Part shown: piece by piece, positions 10,896 to 21,500 of the stretch
Numbering within the stretch: the first letter of the stretch is position 1
Layout: each line of letters starts with the position of its first letter
Assembly: GCA_000442015.1 (NCBI GenBank)
Contig: KE561144.1
Location: 1 to 32,909, forward strand
Direction: 5' to 3'
DNA length: 32,909 nt
DNA from: Rozella allomycis CSF55
Lineage: Eukaryota
Position numbers and translations under genes: made by a program
The notes under the pieces: model-generated
The model's input: the letters and a program-made list of their open reading frames with translations, nothing else
What the model was told of the DNA's origin: nothing
Database searches by the model: none

Positions 10896-11299
10896 CAAGA
10901 GTATGTGGCTTAGTCAAAAACCCATGTTTTCTTGTGATTTTTTCTTTTTCATCTATTTTTAAATTAATTTTTTATGCGTCTATATCCCTGTATATTACTA
11001 TTTAACAGTCGCTAAAAATATGATTGTTCGTTATCTTTACATTTGACATAAGATTTTTGAACCTTTTATGTGCCAATTGATTCACCCAAATTGAGATTCT
11101 GGGTATTAAAATTAAGATTCTATTATAATATTTAAAACCAAAAGCTCACAATAAAGAGTGAATGTAATTACTTCTGCGAATAAAATTTGAGATGGCGATT
11201 TTATTTAACATTGGTCATTGAAGGTAACTTACCTCTTACGTAACTTTTTCAAGCCAAAACGACCTGCTGTCTTTTTATGAAATTTCATTTTGGACGATA

Positions 11300-11840
11300 A
11301 TGCTTGTCCTTGCAGAATTTAAATGTGACAGGGAAATATCTATCATAAAAGATCTTGTTGAAAATGAATTATCTGAACCCTACACTATATTTACTTATCG
11401 TTATTTCACTAACACATTCCCTTCTCTGACATTTTTTGTAAATATTTTAGTCGATCAAGATTTAGTGCAAAGATGATGAAAAATATGTTGGGGTAATCGT
11501 TTGCAAAATAGATTTCCACAAAGAGGAACATCTGAGAGGCTACATAGGAATGGTGATTATGCATTTTGTTATCCACCTAGGTTGCCGTGGACGAAAAATA
11601 TCGAAAGCAAGGAATAGGCACCAAGTTAGTGACTAGGGCAGTTGAAATGATGAAAATGAAAGGTGCAAAAGAAGTACATTGTGTTTTGTCGTCAAATAGG
11701 TCGTTTTAGAAACAGAAGCTGACAATTTGGCAGCGATATCATTTTATGAAAGGTTGGGCTTTATAAAAGAAAAGGTTTTGAAAATGTATTACTTAAATGG
11801 GTCTGATGCTTACAGATTAAAGCTTTTGCTTACCGAATAA
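11300..11840 (+). CDS. NAA30: NatC catalytic subunit, N-alpha-acetyltransferase 30 (Mak3); start codon uncertain
   Basis: [42 protein letters not shown] and [13 protein letters not shown], with three short introns. Missed by the ORF track. Confidence 0.9.
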
Positions 11841-11893
11841 TAAACATCATCGCTCGGATTGTTGCAGTATTTGTTTATTTTTTTGTCGTTACT

Positions 11894-12418
11894 ATGTCCA
11901 TTAGAATAGATGTAGGGTTTGATTTTCGCAACAAAGATGTTCATAAAGTCGAGAAAAATGTAAAATTCGAAGAATTGGCGGACTTTGGGCCTGTCAGGAT
12001 TGATGCATTTGAAGCAGAAAAGATTCCACCAGGAGAACTTTTGGGGAAAAACCACCCAACTTGTATAAAATATAAACGAGGAATAAAACATGATTATACC
12101 TCGATTAAATATAGAACAGAAAACGGCCAGATTGATTGGGATAAGGTATTGAGAGATGATATTGATATTTTCATCGAAAAGTTCGAGAATATGTGTGATG
12201 ACATCTATAATGCTTTGGTCGAACAAATAACATGTAAAATTTACAAAGATTACGTAATGCAAACATTTCAAATAGTGGAATCCTTAGAGTCAATTCGTGA
12301 ACATACTCATTATGCAGATAGCGAAATTGGAAACACGCCTTTAACAGAGACACTACAAAAATTAAAGGATTTATTGGACTCATCGAAACTGCCTCCTGAG
12401 GATGATTCCGAGCTTTAA
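11894..12418 (+). CDS. Hypothetical protein, 174 aa, intronless
   Basis: Complete ATG-TAA ORF filling the space between NAA30 and the ELM2-SANT gene, with protein-like composition. No motif recognised. Confidence 0.7.
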   Translation: MSIRIDVGFDFRNKDVHKVEKNVKFEELADFGPVRIDAFEAEKIPPGELLGKNHPTCIKYKRGIKHDYTSIKYRTENGQIDWDKVLRDDIDIFIEKFENMCDDIYNALVEQITCKIYKDYVMQTFQIVESLESIREHTHYADSEIGNTPLTETLQKLKDLLDSSKLPPEDDSEL

Positions 12419-13049
12419 AATTTTGTATGCATTTTTGGACGAGATGATTTGTAAATCTCATAGTAATTAGATTTCTTCCAATGATAATAAAACTTGACTA
12501 TGTCTGTTATCTTCTTTGACGGTAGCTAAGTAACTAATATTTATGAGATATTACATCATTTTTAAACAAATCAAACCTTTTTCCATATATTTCAATACAT
12601 TTTTGGAACTTTTTTTGATCTGAAATGGACCAATCATCTTTAAAGCAAATACTAACAACATTACACCCTTTAGCGCTTAGACAAGGATTTATAATTGAAT
12701 ATACATGTCTAGGATTGTAGTCAAAAATATGAAGTAAACTCAAACATAAGTCTAAACAATCGCCGTTAAAATTCTTCTCCCCGACAATGCAAAAAATATC
12801 TGATACAAATTGATCGAGAATTAATCAAAGTTATTAATTACCATAATCCAGAGAAGATATTTTATACTTAACAGGATCCCAAACTTTAGTGCATTCAATA
12901 GTTCCATCTACTTTCAGTATCGCGGTCACATTTTCATTTTTGCTGTTACAATTAGGAATATGAAGATGACTTTCATGAGATATTTTTTGAGGGATACGAG
13001 CTTGGTATTCTTCACCAATTCGAACATTCTTTCTGGGACAATCTATCAT
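12415..13049 (-). CDS. Small ELM2-SANT domain protein (MIER/RERE/CoREST-like HDAC co-repressor module)
   Basis: VRIGEEYQARIP (ELM2 start) and WSISDQKKFQKCIEIYGKRF...LPSKKITDIVKFYYHWKK (SANT). Short introns. Confidence 0.85.
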
Positions 13050-13119
13050 CCAGTAAAAGAAAAACTCAATTGCGAAATTTCTGTGCAGACAAGAAGTATT
13101 TTTATTGTCTCCTGTTAAT

Positions 13120-13708
13120 TCAATAGTAATCATCTCCAGTAAAAATATAGCTATATGCCGTCACAGAGCCATAAATTAAAATTCCGCCTGCAACAGATAG
13201 TCCAAGTTCTAAGATTTCAGGTATCTAACTTATGCTATCCAAAACACAACTTACAACTTGTGCGCGATACAAAACTATCGGAAATGCTTTATTATAAACA
13301 ATGGATTGTGTTACCAATGCCGCTAACAACAAATATTGACGAGACAAAGTAGCCAAAGTCAAGACCTGTGCTGGGAAATAGATTAGAATTATTTTACTTA
13401 TTTGAGAGTATGCCTCGATCTTGAGATAATCTATTTGCCACAAACGTTGGAATGGAGGCCATAACATAAAACAATACTGGAATACACTCAATTATCATAG
13501 TTACTAATTATTAGGGGAAACCAATTACTAAACATGATAGAAACTTGCTTATTACTTTGGATTTGGGAGAGCACATGCCAAGACTATAAGCAAAATGCCG
13601 ATGGAAAGGAGAAGAGTGTTTAAAAAGAATATGATCCTTTTAAATATTGAATAAGATATAATACTCTAATATACAAGCCTAAGTTGGTCTCTTACGCTTT
13701 TTGCCCAT
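13120..13708 (-). CDS. VPS55: Vps55/LEPROT family endosomal sorting membrane protein; 8 exons including a probable 1-nt exon
   Basis: Spliced product MGKKQIIFFLNTLLLSIGILLIVLACALPNPNNWFPLIIILFYVMASIP...DFGYFVSSIFVVSGIAFPIVLYRAQVI...VAGGILIYGSVTAYSYIFTGDDYY*. Introns are 27-30 nt. Confidence 0.9.
13665..13665 (-). other. Putative 1-nt microexon (A) of VPS55
   Basis: The minus strand reads ...tattAG|A|GTatta..., flanked by a 30-nt intron (13666-13695) and a 28-nt intron (13637-13664). It restores the frame C+A+G = Gln. Confidence 0.62.
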
Positions 13709-13819
13709 TACTTTGCGGATATGTGGCTTAAAGAATTTGTGGATTCAAATGTGTAATTTGGAACAACTACGGTAGATACTAGATTAAAATTTTTGCAATA
13801 TTTATTAATTAATTTAAAG

Positions 13820-14369
13820 CTACTGTATATTTATTAACACTGTGGAAATAAATTCTTCCTCGCTCATCACAATAAGGTTGGTTGTATCATACAATAATCG
13901 GGCGAGTACCAAGGGATCAATCTGTGCCATGTTTCCACATATGAAACGCTTTATTTCATTAACCCATTGTTGGTGTAATTTACCACCGCCAGCTGCGTAA
14001 AGTTGGTAAAGGCAAGACAAGTGGTATTCTAATTCTTGATTATCATTGGAAAAAAGCGTTACTTTTGATCGAAAGAAAAGTTTTAAGTGTTGTGTAAAGG
14101 GTGAAATGATCTAATTCTTCAGGCAGCCCTTTTATGATATTTTCAATGAAAAATTTCCCCACAGAAGTCATATTTCTACAAAAACGTCTATAATAATTAA
14201 ATTACTTGGAGTGCATTCCCATTATATCAATAGCATTCTGTGGCGAGTTCTCGCATAATATTTTGTATATAATTGATTCAACATTAAAGTTTGACAATTT
14301 GAAGTTATTCAGATTAAATTCTGATGTATGTCCGGAGCCTTTTGCATTTTTAAATACATCTTCTAGCAT
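13820..14369 (-). CDS. Hypothetical protein (~165 aa, 3 exons)
   Basis: Open frame MLEDVFKNAKGSGH... is maintained across two GT-AG introns of 28-30 nt to TAG at 13820, followed by AATAAA. No family recognised. Confidence 0.65.
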
Positions 14370-14442
14370 GTGGGCTTAGTTAGCAATAAAAATCATTCTG
14401 TCAAATCCAAACAAATAATGCTCTTCTAATGCTTAACTAATA

Positions 14443-16141
14443 TTAATGTTTATTTAAATTTAATGCATCATAATAAGCCTGTGCCTTGCAATCCTAAAAA
14501 GGCCTCTTAATATAATTACTGAAAACCAAGAGTGGTGTAGTGCCTCATCTACTGATAACCTATCAATTGGATTTGTTTGAAGCAATGAGTTTATTAAATT
14601 CATGGCTGTATAACTTAAATAAATTAAATACCATCAGAACTGACTTTCAACCATACCGGGTCGTAAAATGAAACTGTTCCTCTCAATATATGGCGATACA
14701 AAAGTATTTCATCTTCTTCGCCGAATGGAAGCTGGCCTTTATGTTTAATATATTTTGCATATACCGGAAAGCCTATAAAAAGTGACAACAACTATTACAT
14801 GCTATACAATAATACACCGAGAGACCAACAATCTACCTTATTTGAGTAGGACTTTTTATTGGATCCTAGATTCATTATAATCTATTCTTCCAATATGCAA
14901 TGGAGTACTTCAGGAGGTAAATAGTTAGGAGTGCCACATACAGTTACTAGATGGTCGTTGATGAATACTTTCGCTAATCCAAAATCTACTAGTAAAACCT
15001 TGGAAAACTCTCCGGTTTGTAAAAGAATATTTTCAGGCTTTATATCTCGGTGCACAATTCCTATTGAATGCAAATACTACGATAAACTGTGATAAATACC
15101 ATACTTGAACTGCCTTTAAAATTTGATAGAAAAAACACTTCGCTTCTAGCTCTTGTAATGCTTTATTGCGTATTATGTGGTCGAATAGTTCACCGCCATT
15201 TACACTGAAATCAATGAAGTTCAAAAACTTACTGCTGTATAAAATAATATATGTGATTATCCTGCTCTAGAAAATCGTATATTTTGATAATATTTGCCTG
15301 TCTTCATTGGAAAAAATCATTTTACATGATTTATTGCTTGCAAAATCTGTATCTCATCTAAAGCTTTCTGTTTCTGGATATTCTTAGCCGTTAAGCTTGA
15401 TTCCGAAATTCGTTTTACCGCAACATAGTTCCCATGTATCAAATCATATCCGATAAAGACTGTTGCGAATGTTCCACTGCAATCCTTCATATTGAGCATT
15501 ATTACCTTCCTATAGCATAGTTGCCAATTAAATATCTTTCCAAAAAGAGCTAAGAAGGGAATGCATGTTTTTTACCTCCTCTTCAATGGGTGTTGAGTTG
15601 CTGACAAAAATAAAGGCTAAGAAAGGTATCACAAAATATTACNATCCTTCATATTGAGCATTATTACCTTCCTATAGCATAATTGCCAATTAAATATCTT
15701 TCCAAAAAGAGCTAAGAATGGGAATGCATGTTTTTTACCTCCTCTTCAATGGGTATTGAGTTGCTGACAAAAATAAAGGCTAAGAAAGGTATCACAAAAT
15801 ATTACTGTTGCAATCTAGCACATTCTTCTTATTTTCACATAATGAAATTTCATCCTTATGATTAATGACTAACTTTTCTGACGCCTTGATTCTTATTCCA
15901 TTGATGTATACTCCATTTAGGCTCCCGCAGTCAATTAAAGATGCATTTTTGGGAAATCCTGGTATTCTTTCGATCTTACAATGTAGCTTTGAAACGGAAT
16001 AATGTTGAATAACAATATCACACTGTTGAGATCTTCCGATGCAGTAGGTATCAAGTCCTTCTTCAAGGCCTATATTGAAGTCAAAGGAAACTTACATATT
16101 TTTCTAGCAGGACTGGAAATAAAGAGCAAGTAGCCCCACAT
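14443..16141 (-). CDS. FHA domain + Ser/Thr kinase (CHK2/Cds1/Mek1/Dun1 family); start approximate
   Basis: FHA motifs [14 protein letters not shown][11 protein letters not shown]; kinase motifs G-x-[37 protein letters not shown] and DCWSLGV. Many tiny introns. Contains an artefactual duplication around n at 15643. Confidence 0.88.
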
Positions 16142-16215
16142 ACCAGGCAAAAGTTTATGTGGCTCATGCGAGGATTCCTAGACATTGGAGATCACGAATT
16201 TTACAAATTTCTGAG

Positions 16216-17314
16216 ATGCAATATCGATTAGTCATAAAAACTATACTTTCCAAGGTTTTCAATATTTTGAATTAAAAAAGGCACAAGAAGAAGGACAAGG
16301 AGCAACTGTGAGACGTAGCATAGGCGGTCGAGAGGTGTCTTATTTTGATCCGTTTCTTCTGTTAGATGCATTCGAAGTTCAAAAGCCAGGTAATTAATGA
16401 AATATAATTTTGAAAATAGCCGGTTTTCCCGATCATCCTCACCGGTAAAACTCTCGCCACAATTTAAACAAGTGGTTTCGAAACCGTAACATATATGACA
16501 GAAGGAAAATTTCAACATGAAGACTTTTGTGGTCATCGAGGTGAAATAAGAAGTGGGTATTCAAATATCATCTCTATTTAATATTTTAGAGATTTACAGT
16601 GGATGACGGCAGGTAGAGGAATTGTACATGCTGAAATGCCTTCAGGATATGGAGTCAACAAAGGACTTCAACGTAAAAAAGCATAAGCATTTAAGTTTCT
16701 ATAGTGTGGGTTAATTTAAGTGAGACAAATAAACTAGTGGAACCGTCTTATCAAGAGCTACTGGACAAAGATATTCCGAAGATTAATATCAATGATAATA
16801 AGGTGCAAATAAAAGTGATCGCTGGTAGATTGTTTAAATTTTCATCAACAGGGGAATCTCATGGCACTGTTTCTCCCGTCAGAACAAGGACTCCAACAAT
16901 TTATTTGGATTTCACAATGAAAGAAAACGCATTTGTTGAACAAGTAAAAAGGTCATTTTTTTAAAAAAGAAAATACCTAATGAATATAATGTCTTCGTCT
17001 ACATTCTTACCGGGGAAGGCTATTTCAATAAAGCACCTGGTAGCACCAATCAAACACTTATATTTAACCAAGAAGGTATGAGCAAAAAGATCAAGTTTGT
17101 AGGGGACTTTATTAAAGTAGAAACCAAAGATTCACAATTGAGGTTTGTACTAATTGCTGGAATGCCTTTAGGTGAACCGGTAGCTAGACAAGGCCCATTT
17201 GTAATGAATACAAAAGAGGAGCTTCAAAAGGCATTCGAAGATTATTTTTCTTTTAAGAATGGGTTTGAAAAGGCCAAAAACTGGGAAAGTCAAATTTCGC
17301 GCAATTCAGATTGA
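16216..17314 (+). CDS. PIR: Pirin (iron-binding bicupin)
   Basis: EGQGATVRRSIG, DPFLLLD, FPDHPHR|GFETVTY, LQWMTAGRGIVHAEMP, LQ|LWVNL and EPVARQGPFVMNT. Multiple ~26-33 nt introns. Confidence 0.95.
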
Positions 17315-17383
17315 TATATCGTTTAAATAAATACTTCTGCAACGTATCGATAATTTAACAAAATTTAATCATAGCAGGTGTTT

Positions 17384-18271
17384 TTATTTATCGTAAATTT
17401 CATGCATTAGTTTATCGACGTATTGAAAATTTTCTAATTCTAATTGATATCTTTCTTGTTCGAGCAAACTCAGGCTCTCAGTGAGCATATCTTTCTCGCT
17501 TAGACAATGAATCAACCTCATTTTATATGCGAAATACTTTTGTTTTGTTGATAGCGTTTTAAGTTCATCATCTGTTTCTACATCAATTATCTTTGTTTCC
17601 GGGACTATTTGTGGTGCAATTATATTAACTTGGATCATATCTTCATCGCTACTTGCATATTCCTCAACCTTTTGTTGCAATCGTTTCTTCCCGTGCTTAT
17701 TATCTGGTCTTTTACCAATCTCACCGTCATACTGAAGATCCTTTGTCAGTTTTGTAAAAAACCTTGACCCTAAATAGTCCGCATACTTAACTCCGGTAGC
17801 GACAACTTCATGAAGAGAATGCTTTTGCTCGGGTTCTTGGACCTTGACTTCAGATATATCGACCCCAAGATGTTGTTTTTGATGTTTTGATAAAGCATCT
17901 GCCCGAGAAAATGTTCTTCTGCATCCTTGATATTTACATACATATGGCTTTTCTCCGGTATGTCCTATAATCAAGGCGAATTCTTATTTACCCCTTATAT
18001 GAGCTATAAGAGTCGACCTAGTGTTTTGAGGAGCTCCTTTGCGGGGGCAATCAGCCCATTCGCAGGTATAAACATCTTTTTTCAATCCCACGTGGCTATT
18101 TGATACGTGGGAAACAAGCTCTGATAGATACAAAAATGAACTGGAACAGCCTTCCCATTTGCAAGAATATATAGCCGCTGTTTCTTCTGAAGAATTATAC
18201 GCTTGTCCTTCATTTAAATTAGCAGAAACGTTTAATGGATTAATTGTCAAAACGATGTTATCCTCATCCAT
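17384..18271 (-). CDS. GLI-like triple C2H2 zinc-finger protein with coiled-coil C-terminus (Iec1/INO80-associated-like)
   Basis: CKWEGC...H..NSH, CEWADCPRKG...LIAHIR|GHTGEKPYVCKYQGCRRTFSRADALSKHQKQH. One short intron near 17965-17991. Confidence 0.85.
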
Positions 18272-18518
18272 CGTAAAATTGTGGCTTGACCTGTTGGAAT
18301 AGAAGAGGAATTGATTTTTATGGCGTGCTTGTAAAACAACTGTATAAACTGTATTCAATATTAAACCTGGAATTTATCCGATTTTGAGGTTATTTATTTC
18401 TTTGGCGATTAATTAACTAACATCCAAGACTAAAATGCTATTTGCACTCACGGTGAACCTCATAAAATCAAATTGTAAAGTGAATATTCATTGTTGACAT
18501 TGTTTACAATTTTGGCGC

Positions 18519-21500
18519 ATGCAATTGCCTGAACCAAAAGAAGTGCTATCACGCCGTACATCTGCGGTGGGTTCTAAGCGTCCAAGCCTTGACCGTAGGA
18601 TGTCATTTATTAACACTCCTATTCGCCCAGGCAATACCCGCCGAGGTTCTTTGACGCCATCAGCAATCATGAATTCTATACCGCGTCCAATTTCATCTAG
18701 ACGCGAGTCTGTATATTCAACAACGACAGGAAAATCTCGTACGTCCTCTATGGATATTAAGGAAAATAGAGACAGCCATTTCGCCCCTCCATCAATGAAT
18801 GGTGAGGATAAGATCATGGAAGATGTCGAGGAGAGCAATACGGAATTATCGCCAACTGAAATTATTAAAAAAGCTATTCAGGAAGCTTCTTTGAAAGGAA
18901 ATGAGTTGCAGATATTGGATTCTAAAATTGATGCGGTATAGATCTTAATAAGATGGGAGTAGATGATCGAAGAAGTAAATAGTTTGCTTAAAGCTAGAAT
19001 GGATAACTCAATGCCTCTTGATACTAACAAGTTTAAGTTGCCCATTTTACAGAATGGAAAGTAACATTTGATAGTCTCGGAAATTAGTTTGTTGACTTTA
19101 ATTCAATACAAAGACAAGAGACAAGAATATTTAAATCTTCTGAGCTCCGTTTCTTTCACAGTGAAAAGCCCTGAGCTAACTCAAACGATTCTTGAAGAGG
19201 TGAAAATTTGTAAAGTAATAAATTAGCTGGAGCAAGTATGGAATATTGACATAAATATAAATTCTGAAAAGATGGTTGAAATTCTCTCTAGTTTTTACTA
19301 TTCTCGAGCAATGGAGTTGGCTGAGACGTCAAAACTGCTGTTGTCTAGATGGTCTAGATATAATAAGAGTTCAAAGACAGTTACGCAGCTTTATAATGTA
19401 TTCAGTATGGCCCAAGAAGAGATAACACATGAATATTCGGAGATGGTGACCCGATATGAGCGAATGCAACAAATAATAGAGTGGAGAGAGTTTCAAAGCA
19501 ACCAAACAGAGATGAAAGGAGTGGTGAAAGATGTGGTTATGTATTCGCTTAATGTGGGAGAAGAAGAAGACTGGAGTGCAGAAGACATTGGCATAATGAT
19601 AAGATGGATGACTGGATGGGTAAACGGGAAAAAGAAAATGACGTATTTGAAGAATTTTGCATGCAATGTAGCTGATCATCCGAGAGATCAATTGATTAAA
19701 GAATATTGTAAATTGAGCTGTACATTGAGTCCAGAAGTGAATAGTGATGAGAATGAGATTTTTGGCAGTAACATGAGAAGAAATAATGTTCCAATGAAAA
19801 AGACATGTTTGAGTGATTTCATTGACGAATTTCAAGAATATGCAACTGAATTTAAGTTAGAATCTGACATAGAATTTGAGGATGGGCATACACTGGAATA
19901 TGAAACAAGAAAGTATGCAATGAGTGAATTCAAGAAGCACTTAAAGCAAATGGGCGTGGATTTGAATAAGAGGAAGTATGTTAATAATAAGAAATTGAAG
20001 CAACTTGGATTTGACTCTGATGATGAAAAGAGTGATGATGATGAAGAAAAGAGGAATGTCGAGTATTTCCCATTGATTTGCAAGTCAGAATGGTTGAAAG
20101 ATCCTAGTTTGGTCCCCAAGTTGAGCGTAAATGAAGAAGAGAGAATTGTGAGACTAAAGAAACTAAGCTTGATAGACTTTGAGCTGAATAATCAATTGGA
20201 TCTATTAAAGAGCACAAATTTTGAAGAATTTGAGGAAAAGATGGTAATGAGACTGTATAAATATTTTTTAGCAAGGACATTTAAAAATATTCATGGAAGA
20301 GAATGGATTTAAATTTAATAAGAAAAACTTGGAAGAAAAGCAAAAGACGGAAATTGTTAATTTAGGAGATATTAGAACTGCATCGGAATCTATTAATGGA
20401 AGAAGAAATTTAGCTTTCCAAAAGCAAAATGAAGATGAATTAAAAGATATTGATCAAGTAAATTAAACTTGATTGGATAAAAAGATCCCATTGAGTGAAA
20501 TATTTAATGAAAATGATATCCAGTCCTTTATGCAACTGAGATTTGTAAAACTGAGAAAGGAAAGGGAAAAATTACTGTTCTATTTGAATTTCATGAGATC
20601 TATTGAAAAAAGAATTTGCTTGGATGTAAAAATTCAAAGGTTTATTAAGAAGGTTTCCCATGCGAGAGAAATGACTCGAGTCAAGTTTTCAAATTCAAAT
20701 GAAACAAATGTGAAGATCAATTTAAGTGGATTATTTCCAAATGCTCAAAAGAGAGAGTTACCAAGATTGGATGAATTAGAAATAAATAAGTCCATGAGTG
20801 TAGATTCTATTGAAGAACATGAAGATTATCGCTTTAAAGAAAATGATTTTGTAGAGGTCAGGTAGTTTATATTTCTATGAATTCTTTAAGAGATAAAAAG
20901 GGTAGAAAGATTTTGTATGACGTGGCCTTTGATGATCTACAAAAGATTGAAAATGAAATGCTAATTTTGATAACTTTCTATTTAAAAGAAAGAGATGACG
21001 AAGATGACGACATTGTTCAGATTAAGAAAAATTCAATGAAAAAGAGTAAACGTTTTACAAAAAAGACAAAAGGGAATAACGACGTTGCCTATTTAGATAG
21101 AAAATATGATAGAATTCAAGCATTAATAGACATGTACTCTATTCAAAATAAGATTCAATTGGAGAAAATAAATGTAAGAAATCTTAGATGTGAATGTAAT
21201 TATAGTTTATGTTAACAATGATGGATGTTTATGAGCATTCAATAAACCTTACTGATAAAGAAGAAATTGGCCAATTCATTTTGAACATAATGGTTGAGCC
21301 ATTAAATATTGATTATAAAGCTAAATACTTTTGTTCAAATATGATAATTCAAACCAAAGTGATGAAACTGAAACAGTCTTTCATTGAAAGTTTAATGTTT
21401 ACTCTTTCAGAAGATCAAAGACAATGGAGATATCAGCATGATTCTAAAGCTTTAATAAAATCGATGAAAAATGTTACTTCTGATTCTGTAATGTCTCTAG

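Noticed and set aside
13706-13710. TAATG stop/start overlap at the VPS55 ATG suggesting translational coupling
   Set aside because: The upstream gene more plausibly ends at TAG 13820 followed by AATAAA, so this TAA closes no supported ORF.
15484-15803. Apparent exon duplication in the FHA-kinase
   Set aside because: The copies abut a single n and differ by a few SNPs, the same pattern as other assembly junctions.
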